The notes beneath the pieces were generated by a model. The model was given only the letters and a program-made list of their open reading frames with translations. It did no database searches and was not told the DNA's origin. Below are positions 12,798 to 22,309 of a DNA stretch of 64,000 nucleotides, one piece after another. Numbering within the stretch: the first letter of the stretch is position 1; each line of letters begins with the position of its first letter. This DNA is from Cycas panzhihuaensis (lineage: Eukaryota > Plantae > Cycadophyta). The translations under genes and the position numbers were made by a program. The stretch lies in contig CM041465.1 of the NCBI GenBank assembly GCA_023213395.1, forward strand, positions 231,515,741 to 231,579,740, written 5' to 3'.

Positions 12798-13880
12798 TTA
12801 AGGCGGCTCCTGTTGCCTCTGTCCTCCCAAAATCTCCTCATTTATCTGTGCCAGGGTGGCAATAATAGCATCCTTCTCTTTTATTTTGTCCTGAAGGGCA
12901 GCTAACTCAGCTTTATACCCTTCCTCCATTTCCTGAATTAATTGGATGATGGGTCCTGCTTTGTCCTGTGGTGTAGGAGGTGTTGAAGGTTCCCCTGCCT
13001 CTGTTGCCTGTGGGAAGTCTTCCCATTCTTCCCAGGATGCTTCTGCTTCTTCTTCCTCCTCCTCTGATTCTTCTTCTCCCTTCTTCCTCTTGCCTTGTCT
13101 ATGGACAACCTGTTTTGTCCGAAGGGGAATGGATGTTCCTGGTGTCTTCTGTAACCAGGTAAGTACCTTTTGCATCTGTTTTTGTACTTTCCTCTTTGCT
13201 TCCAGACTGTTCACTGTGTGCAGGAATTCTGCTAATTGTTTAATGATTGGCTCCCGCGGAGAAATAGTGGTCCTGGTCAGCTGCACCTCTGGACACTGGT
13301 AGAATAAAATTGCCAAAAGCAATGAAGGATGGCGGAATGGGTGTGTCCTAATCTCCTTTAGTTGCTGCCTCATGTTTTCCGCCAAGAATTCGAACCAATT
13401 CATCTTTTCCCCGTCTCGGATTTTCAACAACACCTGCATCATGCCTCCCTGAATGTAGGTGTACTTCCGTTTGGACAAAAACCTGGAATTGATCACTTTG
13501 GCCACCCACTGAACTCTAGCATCCATGATGTCTGCTACACGGATCCCACCGGACATAATCTGAGTGTTGGGTTGGCATAATTCTCTCAACCACATTTCTC
13601 GGTCCACTTCTGACCTTTTTGTTCCCAGTGGAACCTCTCCTTCATTAGGAAGTCTGGTAATGGTATGGACTATATCTGTGTCCATTTTGGCCTTCCTGCT
13701 GTCCTCCTTCAGGGCCATTAGGATTTGGTCCATGAGTTCGAGGTTATAGTACATAGGGTTACAGTAGATGTAGTCTCCCCAACCTGCTTGTTTAACCCTG
13801 GCCTGGAATGGAGTTGGTAGAGCTTGTAGCTCCTGCTTGAGCTTCGGTATGTATGCCTCCTGGCACCCTGCCGTCCTCAT
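12798..13880 (-). CDS. Intact 360-aa accessory protein of C: PMD-like domain, basic NLS-like stretch (GKRKK), acidic tract, C-terminal coiled coil
   Basis: Uninterrupted ORF in gag-pol sense between pol and 3' LTR; DIVHTITRLPNEGEV and KMNWFEFLAENMRQQL resemble PMD-type motifs; homologues in A and E. The domain call is by eye. Confidence 0.75.
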   Translation of the reverse strand: MRTAGCQEAYIPKLKQELQALPTPFQARVKQAGWGDYIYCNPMYYNLELMDQILMALKEDSRKAKMDTDIVHTITRLPNEGEVPLGTKRSEVDREMWLRELCQPNTQIMSGGIRVADIMDARVQWVAKVINSRFLSKRKYTYIQGGMMQVLLKIRDGEKMNWFEFLAENMRQQLKEIRTHPFRHPSLLLAILFYQCPEVQLTRTTISPREPIIKQLAEFLHTVNSLEAKRKVQKQMQKVLTWLQKTPGTSIPLRTKQVVHRQGKRKKGEEESEEEEEEAEASWEEWEDFPQATEAGEPSTPPTPQDKAGPIIQLIQEMEEGYKAELAALQDKIKEKDAIIATLAQINEEILGGQRQQEPP

Positions 13881-13936
13881 ACTGGTTGTGGAGTCCCAGA
13901 GATAAGAAAGAAAACCTAAGCGTATAAATCGGAACC

Positions 13937-14402
13937 CTACGTACGTACCTCTGAGGAACGCTTGCCGTTTTTGTGTCTTTGCGTACTGCGATGCGTACCA
14001 GAGTGAGTTCTTTGCGTGTCGTGCCGTACGGATGTCTGGCGAATTCTTCGGAGTCCGTTGTGCTCTGCGTACTGCACGGGAATGCTCGCAGGTACGTAAT
14101 GATTTGTCGTTTTGCGGAATTTTGTCTTATACGTGCCTGCGGTACGTATAGTGTTAAGAGTCTTCCTTATGCGTACTCGATTATGTACGTTCTTGGTACG
14201 TGAAATGTAACTAAGCACTTAAGTGTATTTTCCACTGTGCGTACCCGACTACGTACCTTTTTTTGGTACAAATATGTAACCTGTTTAACTTACTTCTCCT
14301 TGCACTGTGCGTACCTGCTTGCGTACTTTTCAGGTACGTATAATGTATTTGAGCCACTTGAAATTTGTTTACACTGTGCGTACCTGACTTTTTGGTACGT
14401 AT
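13937..14402. repeat. CGTAC/GTACG motif cluster, including ~3 copies of a CACTGTGCGTACC..GGTAC sub-repeat
   Basis: 19 GTAC cores counted in ~465 bp (about 2 expected by chance), 18 of them CG-flanked. Confidence 0.9.
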
Positions 14403-14631
14403 ACTGTATTTTGCTTGTATGCTGTTGAATTTCCCTCTGATTTTCTCAGAGTATGATGCTATTACTTATGTTTGTGATGAGTTACGATTGTTTTTTAATT
14501 TTTTCCAATTTTTTTTTCTTTTTGTATCCATACCGAATTGGATCATGGCTCGGTATCAAGGCATTTGATTGTGCCTCAAAGTCATGCAATACGATATGGT
14601 ACAACCATTGATCTATCTCACGGTAGGCTGG

Positions 14632-16287
14632 CTACTCAATATATGGCTTGAGTCTGCTACCGTTTACCCTAGTTGGTAGTAGAGGTCCGTCGATCTCTCG
14701 AAGCTGCATCGATCCATTCTCAAAAATTCGTTTTGCGATGTATGGTCCCAACCACAGCATCTTGAGTTTTCCCGGGTGCATTTGGAATTTGCTGTCGTAC
14801 AGCAACACTTGATCACCTTCGTTGAATTGAGGTTTTCGTAGATGGCAGTTGTGCCATGTTTTTTGCCGCCGCTTCTCCACATGTTGCAACCAGTTTGCCA
14901 GGTGTCGTTTCTCTTGTAGTCGCACTAAGTCTTCCAATTGTCGTTCCAAAGACTGGAGATCGTTTAATTGACATTGTATCGCAACTCGTAGATTGGGTAT
15001 CTCAAATTCTGTAGGGAGAATGGCTTCCGTGCCATACACAAGTTGGAACGGAGTCTGTCCGATTGACCTCTTGTATGTCGTTCGAAATGCCCATAGCACG
15101 GATGGTAATTTCTCGGCCCAATCAGATCTGCCGATGTTGCATATCTTCCACAAGCAATTCTCGATTATCTTGTTTGAGCTCTCTGCTTGACCATTAGCTC
15201 TCGGGTAGTATGGAGTAGATTTCCGATGGCTAATCATAAAGGCGGATGTCAGTGTTTCGATAGTTTGATTGAGGAAGTGGGCGCCTTGGTCACTTACGAT
15301 CTCCAAGGGGCATCCAAATCGTGTAATCATTACCTCATACAGAAATCTCACTGTGCTTTCCGCATTGGCTTTTCGTAACGCGCGCACTTCTACCCACTTT
15401 GTCGTGTAGTCGGTTGCCACCAGGATGTATCGAGCTTTCGATCTACGCGCGGCTGGTTTGATTGGCCCCACAAAGTCGAGCCCCCATTTCTCGAATGGTG
15501 CCAAAGGTAATATGGGATGTAACGGTTGGAAATCCTGTCGATTAGGTTTCCCCACCCGTTGGCAATAGTTGCAGGCTTGAATCCATTTTTTGACATCCTC
15601 GAACATAGATGGCCACCAGAATCTTGATGTTAAGATCTTCCGCCATGTGGCCAATTTCCCCATGTGGCCACCCGCTACTCCTTCGTGCGCCTGTGACATG
15701 ATCTGGTTTATCTCATGCTGTCGAACACAACGTCGTAATACGTCGTCTGGCCCCAATTTGTATAACTCTCCACTGATGAGTTGATAAGGCTCCGCTTTTC
15801 TGATAAAATTTCTCTTTCCCGTGCGATCTAACTCTGCTGGTACTTCTCCGGTCGCTAGATATTCTGGTATTCCCTCATACCAGTCTGTTGGAACTGCTTC
15901 CACGCTGAACAGAGCTGCATCTGGAAAATCGTCTTGCACCCCCGTGGCTTTTTCTCCGTTTTTGATTCTCGACAACTGATCGGGAATGATATGGGCTTTG
16001 CCGGGTTTCACAATAACTTTAAAAGAAAATTCTTGAAACAACATCAGCCACCTGTTGATTCTCCCTCGCATAATCGGTTTATTCACCAAATACATCAATA
16101 CTTGGTGATCAATGAAAAACAAGAATGGATTTGATAATAAATAGTGTCGAAACTTTTGCAACACGTAAACCATGCCGAGTGCTTCCCTTTCTGTCGTCGT
16201 ATAATTCTGGTTGGCTCTTGTGAGTTTTCGACTTGCGAAGTAGATTGGATGATATGTTTTGTCGTCATTTGTGGCGCTAACACGCAT
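14632..16287 (-). CDS. pol: RNase H plus integrase part of C pol (551-aa open frame)
   Basis: PIYFASRKL..EREALG; HHCC (AHEGVAGGH..CNYC); WGLDFVG, EIVSDQGAHF, ANGQAESSNK; GPY module. Confidence 0.93.
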   Translation of the reverse strand: MRVSATNDDKTYHPIYFASRKLTRANQNYTTTEREALGMVYVLQKFRHYLLSNPFLFFIDHQVLMYLVNKPIMRGRINRWLMLFQEFSFKVIVKPGKAHIIPDQLSRIKNGEKATGVQDDFPDAALFSVEAVPTDWYEGIPEYLATGEVPAELDRTGKRNFIRKAEPYQLISGELYKLGPDDVLRRCVRQHEINQIMSQAHEGVAGGHMGKLATWRKILTSRFWWPSMFEDVKKWIQACNYCQRVGKPNRQDFQPLHPILPLAPFEKWGLDFVGPIKPAARRSKARYILVATDYTTKWVEVRALRKANAESTVRFLYEVMITRFGCPLEIVSDQGAHFLNQTIETLTSAFMISHRKSTPYYPRANGQAESSNKIIENCLWKICNIGRSDWAEKLPSVLWAFRTTYKRSIGQTPFQLVYGTEAILPTEFEIPNLRVAIQCQLNDLQSLERQLEDLVRLQEKRHLANWLQHVEKRRQKTWHNCHLRKPQFNEGDQVLLYDSKFQMHPGKLKMLWLGPYIAKRIFENGSMQLREIDGPLLPTRVNGSRLKPYIE

Positions 16288-18300
16288 CCAATGGCGTATT
16301 GCGACGCATCCACATGCACATAAAAGTCTTCTTCCAACTGGAATCGCAGATATGTCTTTGCTACAATGGCTTGTTTCAATGTTTCAACGCTGCTTCGTTC
16401 TTCTGTCCATGCCCATTCAATATTCTTTTTCAACAACTCCTCCAGGGGTCCAGATATGTATGCATGCCCCTTGATAAACTTTCTATAATATCTCGTCAAA
16501 CCCAGAAAAGCTTTCAGTTGTTTTCTCGTAATTGGTGTTGGAAAGTGCAGAATGGCAGATACTTTGGCTGGATCTGTCAGCAATCCTTCTTTGCTGACTA
16601 TATGCCCTAATAAGTTCCTGAAGGGAACCAGAAAGGTACACTTTTCTGGATTGAGACACAACTTATTTTCCCGGCACGTTTGCAACATTTCCCTTAGATT
16701 TTCCATGTGATCTTTCATCAGTCCATACAACGTCCAATGCCTAAGAATCTGACAGCTTTTTCTCCAATAAACTTCTGAAAGATATTAATTACAATCCGCT
16801 GGAATGTAGCTGGTGCATTCGTGAGACCGAATGGCATCACTTTGTAGGCGTATGTTCCCCATTCTGTTACAAATATAGTTTTGCACGATCCTCCGGCAAT
16901 CAACTTGATTGTACCCACTGAATCCGTCTGTGAAGGAGTAAATCTCATTTCCTCCCACTGCTTCTAAAATATCCTCCGTAAAAGGTAACGGAAATGGATC
17001 CTTCTTTGTTACCTTATTCAACTGTCTGTAGTCCACACAGACGCGAATTTTCCCATTTTTCTTGGGAACCACCACTACAGGGCTCACCCAGTCACTGTAG
17101 TCGATCTAGTAGATATAACCCGCTTCCAACATTTTGTCAAGTTCAGCTTTCACTTTTTCTTTGTATTTCAGATTCATCCGGTATGGTCTTTGTTTCACCG
17201 GTTTTGCATCCTCCACTAAGTCAATGTGATGCATTCCTATCTCCGGAGGAATGCCTTTCAGGTCCTTATACGACCATGTGAATACGTCACGGAATTCTTC
17301 AAATAACTGCTGGGCTTCCGCTACTGTCTGAGGATCCCAATAGTTTCCGATTCGAATGAATTTAGGATTTTCCTCATTATTAACATTAATCTCTGTAGTT
17401 TCTAACTTTGTTACACCCACATCTTCTGTATTTCCGGTTTTGTGTCCCAGAGCGTCTTCTAGCTTTCTTTCTCCAACGTTGAATTCTATAAATTCTGCAG
17501 GATAGTTTATAACTTCTTCTTCTTCACTATGTGTAGACTCTACTTCTTTTTGATCTGTTAGATTTTGTTCCAATTTTATACTCATTACTCCGATATGTTT
17601 TAGGATTTGATCTATTTCTTTGTTATCAAAAGTATGCCTAAAGGTTTTTATGAAAGATTTCTTTAGGTTTCCCCAAGTTACATCTAAGTTTTGTTCCTTC
17701 CCTAGGAACCAGTCCTTTGCTACTCTCCCCAAGGTATGGTAAAAATAGTTAGGCCAATTCTGTTTAGGTATACTTAAAGATTTCCATTTTTGTTTACATT
17801 TCTGTATATGTTCCCTAGGATTGTGACCTACATAGAATACTGGAATGGTTAGTTGGGTTGGATGATCGAACCGTATTCGAAACATCGTTTGTAAATCTTG
17901 CCAATTCCTAAGAGTGGCTTGGTGGGATAGGTACCAGTACCAGGCTTTTCCCCGTAAGGTTAGTACTAAATCCTGCTGCCATTGGGTTTTATCCCAATTT
18001 CCATGTTCCATCCAATATTGAACACAATGCGTTAAATGGGTAGTCTTGTATAACTGCTCCCCATAGAATGGTTTAACATAGTTCCCAATGTAAATTTGAT
18101 AGTTTACTTCCTTTGGGATGATGACTCTACTATCTAGACCAGAATCGCTAGAAGTACTTACCAGCGATTCTCCTTCTATTTCCCCAGTTTTGGCGCCAAT
18201 GGTTGGAAGAGATCTGTGGCTGGGTGGGTGTACCTCTAAGGAAGAGGAGGAAGGAATATTACTTCCTTCCTCAGGTTGTAATAAGGGGGGGGGGGGGGGG
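16288..18300 (-). pseudogene. pol: C pol upstream part: two capsid-like domains plus reverse transcriptase, with several frameshifts (possibly consensus errors)
   Basis: TLRGKAWYWY..W..L..MF; KQRPYRMN; SPVVVVPKKNGKIRVCVDYRQLN; YSFTDGFSGYNQ; MPFGLTNAPATFQR; FLGLTRYYRKFI. Confidence 0.9.
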
Positions 18301-19432
18301 GGGGTAGGGAATCTACCTCAGGACCCACGCCTGAAGTAGATGGGATGTCAGGATTACTATTAACTACAAAAAAACTACAAAAATTATTAGGTAAACTAAG
18401 GGTTTGTTGGTCTAGGTTATTGTCATCCCTTAATGTATCATTAGTCAGCATATATTCAAAAGAATTTGAATTATTATTAATGTCTGTAGATACACATTTA
18501 GATAACAAATTACATCTATAAGAAGAAGAGTTTACTTCATACGTATCCTGTAGCCAGTAATCCACGAACCTCACACCGTGTTCGTCATCTAAAGAGTTGT
18601 ATATCTCCCCGAAATCTGTCGGTTCTTCTTGCCGGTGATTAGTTGATGTGGTGGGCTCTTCTGCCGCATGGTAGAGATGTTCTTCCCCAATGGAAGAAAA
18701 TGTCGTATCGCTCGTGATCGTTGTGCTGGATCCCTCATCTGAAATCATTTCGATCGAGCTTCTTCCCAGCATCGGCAATACTACTTTATTCCTGTTGTCT
18801 GATAATGTGAAGGTTACATTCTTCCAATTCTGAAGGCATTGCGTTTTATACAACCATGGCCTTCCCAAGAGTGTTGGATAGGGTGTTGCCCCTTTCTCCG
18901 TTTCCACAATCGTGAAGTCAATTCGCACCACTATCCCTGCAACATCTACCTTGATGTCGGCCAATCTCCCCATAGGACATACCAATAGTTCGTTAGCCAA
19001 TTTTAATGAATAGGTTACCGCTTCCAGCTTCGGGCTTCCCAATTTACGCCATGTTGAAGCTGGTAACACGTTCACTGCTGCGCCTCCATCAACGATTACC
19101 GGTGGGAATGTTTCTCCCAAGACTGTTATGGTTACCATCGGATCCATATCGAATGATGGTATGATTTGCTTCAGACTCTTAGTGATTCCCCACTGTAACA
19201 CTCCTCCTTTGATCCAGTCGATAACTTGGCATAGAGGAATAGTCAAATGTAGCTGCTTTACCAAATTTTCCATTAATAGCAACATTCCGGGAATATTCTC
19301 TGCTGGCAATCCTTTAAAAAGCTCCTCCATTTGCACCATTTGGGGCTTCACCTTAGGTTCTTCCGGTAGGTTTCCTTGTTCCTTTTGTTTGTTCTTCCGT
19401 ACATAGACGTATTTGGTTTCCGGTTTACCCAT
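18236..19432 (-). CDS. Aspartic protease region of C polyprotein
   Basis: VIVDGGAAVNVLP active site and LLGRPWL flap motif. Confidence 0.9.
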   Translation of the reverse strand: MGKPETKYVYVRKNKQKEQGNLPEEPKVKPQMVQMEELFKGLPAENIPGMLLLMENLVKQLHLTIPLCQVIDWIKGGVLQWGITKSLKQIIPSFDMDPMVTITVLGETFPPVIVDGGAAVNVLPASTWRKLGSPKLEAVTYSLKLANELLVCPMGRLADIKVDVAGIVVRIDFTIVETEKGATPYPTLLGRPWLYKTQCLQNWKNVTFTLSDNRNKVVLPMLGRSSIEMISDEGSSTTITSDTTFSSIGEEHLYHAAEEPTTSTNHRQEEPTDFGEIYNSLDDEHGVRFVDYWLQDTYEVNSSSYRCNLLSKCVSTDINNNSNSFEYMLTNDTLRDDNNLDQQTLSLPNNFCSFFVVNSNPDIPSTSGVGPEVDSLPPPPPPPYYNLRKEVIFLPPLP

Positions 19433-21348
19433 TGGTAATGCATTCTCTTCCCGGACTAGGCCATCTAATACTTGTTTTGCCTTTCTGTATCAATCCATTT
19501 TTGTCGATGGATCCAAATATCCTTCATCTAGTTTCTCCTTTTGTTTATTTTGTAGTTTGACGTTTTTTGTTTTCGGTATGATTGTCATTAGGTTGGTCGC
19601 TTTGGCCTTTCCTTTGCAATCTTCTGTTTTGTGGTCACTTGGGCCCGCATTACTACCTGACGGCCTGCTCAGATTCACCGCGTTGGGCATCCCGACTTCC
19701 AAAGGCCCAAACGCAGACAGATGATGAGGCATCTACCCACTCGCGGTTTTTTCCTCGAGGGTTACAGTGCGCCTCGTTGTATAAACATTCCGAGGTGGGT
19801 TGCCTCCCCTTCCCCTACCTCGTCCTTTGAAGGCCTTTCCCCTAGGATTATAGAAACAATCCTTAGTTGTATGCGTATCAACGTCGCATATATGGCACCA
19901 TCTCTCTTGTTGGTGCAACGCACTATTTTTTAAATTCAAGTCACATTCCTTGGTGGTATGTGAATTTTCTTCACAAATGTGGCACCATTTGGTTACTCTT
20001 CCCACATGGTCCTTTTTCGGTGTTTCCTCTTCTTCTCGGTTATTTCTCATTTTCAATCTGGCCACCTCTTTTCTTAATGCTTCCAACTCCGATTCCTCTT
20101 CTGCTACCCCTACCTGGCAGAAGGGTCGGTTGTATTGATTTTGCTTCAATTCTTTAATCTCGTCTTGTAATCTCAGCAGCAGGGAGTCTTGTCCTCCTGC
20201 CTGCGCGTCCATTTCCATTTCCATTTCAAAATCTAATGCTAGATCTTGAGCATTCTTAAACGATTTCAGTAGATGAGCATGCATCATGGCCCGCAATTTC
20301 TCATTTAACCCTCTTACAAAGTAGTTTTTCATATTGTGATCTGTTATCGTCTCATTAATCATGCTGGCCGCAATGATTTTCATTCTGCTAATGTAGGTTA
20401 GGATGGATTCTCCCGGCCTTTGTCTGATTTCTCTTAACGCGATTTCCACTGCTTCATTACTGCGAAACTTTTGAAATCTTTCTTCGAATGCTTTCTTAAT
20501 CTTTACCCATGGCTCATTCTTATTTGTTTCCTTGTACCACGCTAGGGGTACTCCTCTCAACGTACAGGCGAATCGTGCTTTGATTTCGTCTTCGTCTGTA
20601 ATCTTTTTTATATCAATAAGACTCTGAAATAGATACACATGCTCTGCTGCGTCTGAAGTATCATTAAAAATCAGTTTCCCAAAGTCTCTATAGTCATCCA
20701 TTTTGGGAGATTGCAACAGCCCCCCACCTGGTGGTGATTTTTCCTTTCTTCCCTCCTTTGGGAATGCACTGGGAGTGCCTATCGCTGTACTATCTTTCCC
20801 AAACAGCGTATTCTTGAATGGAGTTTTGATGTGTATGTGTTCCACTATACCTGGAACTTGTATAGTCAATGGCGTCACTGTAATATACGATTGATCAGAT
20901 CCCCTTTACAGCCGAATCTTGAAAAGTCTCGTTAGCTTATTCTCCCAATATGCCGAGGGACCTTCCTCCGCCTTCTTTTCACTATCACTTGGGTCCTTCG
21001 GGCTGTCCTCCATTGGTATACTTCCCTCTTTTAAGGTTTCTCGATGTTTATCATCCACTTTTGGTTTCCCTTCAATCTCTGGGCTAAACAAGTCATCTCT
21101 GATTGGGGCTGGTGTTAATACCATGTGTTCGCCATTAGTTTCCTCTTCCTGAGGTGTCTGGCTCCACTTGCCTCAGATCCTTTAACGGACTGTCCCTTAG
21201 TCTCGTTGTTTTGCGAACTTAATCTCCTCGCCCTTCTGAGTTTTGCTTCCTTCGACCATCTTAGTGTCCTTTGTCTGCTAGTTTCCTTTTCCTTGGGTGA
21301 AGTATCCTTCTGGGGCTCCTCCGACCTTGAAGGCCTCTTAGGTGGCAT
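19433..21348 (-). CDS. gag: gag of C (split across frames): basic N-terminus, capsid, coiled coil, multiple CCHC knuckles
   Basis: TLRGVPLAWY..W..IKKAFEERF; QRPGESILTY; CHICEENSHTTKEC and CHICDVDTHTTKDC; main ORF 19733-20878. Confidence 0.9.
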
Positions 21349-21475
21349 TGGAAGGTCCCACAGGCTGTCGGTGGCTTAGTTCTGACCCGCCATCACTGGC
21401 GGCCGGGGTCCTCTGCCCTTTACACATTCTTTTCTTTGAAACCCCTAGGCCCTGTCCCTCCTCAGCGGACGTGAG

Positions 21476-21487
21476 CAGCGGAACCAA
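21476..21487 (-). promoter_or_regulatory. Primer-binding site of C, probably tRNA-Glu
   Basis: Minus strand reads T-TGGTTCCGCTGC after the LTR, complementary to a plant tRNA-Glu-type 3' end (..GCA[A/G]CGGAA-CCA); tRNA sequence recalled from memory. Confidence 0.6.
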
Positions 21488-22309
21488 TGTTGGTGGTGGG
21501 GTGTCTTATTACACTTACACGATACCTCTTTCACTTGTCAAGGTTACGGTGCTATAGTCTAGTTCGGGATCATCAACATGGTCATTCACATACATTCCAC
21601 ATATACTTCACATATATTTCACGAGAATGGTACACGCAATGCAATCAATACATACTCAGCAATTCATCATCACAACACAAAGAATACACCACTTCCCACG
21701 TAACTCTTCCTTTTATTAAGTAATCAAGTCAATTTACACAAAGGCTGGAATGCATTCCTGAGCATTCCAGTGACATCTGATCATACATTACACATGCGTA
21801 CCCAGATGGTACTTATCACACAGTGCTGCTCCAATTGGCTGACATACGTGCTGGCTTCCGCACCTTTGTGTACCCGTGATAATCGGCTCTCACCCTCACC
21901 TAGTGGTTCATGCGTACCTCCTTAAGTACTCATGTTGGTACCTTTTGGCTGAAGGGTTATGACTGCCTATCATAACCGTACCCCTTCAGTCATACGTACC
22001 TTTTCCCTTAATCACTTGTTTAGGCACTTAATTAATTATCCTTTGTATCCGTCGTCGTGCGTACATCCAGCGACTCAACCGGTCTTCACTTTGGTCCCTT
22101 TGAGTCATGCGTCTGCTTAGCTCGGTTCCGTTCCGCCCGTTAGTGCGTGTCATCATCGTGCACTGTTCGGTGCGTGCACATCCTCGCACCGAATGCGATT
22201 TCTCTGCCGTTTTGCCTCGTGCATACCTCCGTGCAGTTCGTGCACAACTCAGGTTACCTGACCTACCTCTGGTCCTCTCACAGCCTGAGGATCATTTTAG
22301 ACTCCAACA
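21488..22309 (-). repeat. 5' LTR of C
   Basis: Pairs with 11859-12701; adjacent to PBS. Confidence 0.95.

Larger units (their letters stand above)
11859..22309 (-). mobile_element. Ty3/gypsy non-chromovirus LTR retrotransposon C, full length, young
   Basis: LTRs 11859-12701 / 21488-22309; perfect TSD GCCAT (11854-11858, 22310-22314) interrupting B's RT (..MIIAI|[13 protein letters not shown]). Confidence 0.97.

Noticed and set aside
12798-13880. Envelope (env) gene
   Set aside because: Correct position, but no signal peptide and only a ~9-residue hydrophobic stretch; features fit a soluble nuclear protein
17640-18071. Tat-type additional (archaeal) RNase H, or a nested second element
   Set aside because: No acidic RNase H catalytic motifs; the segment is in frame with RT, has no LTR or TSD, and shows the capsid W/F pattern
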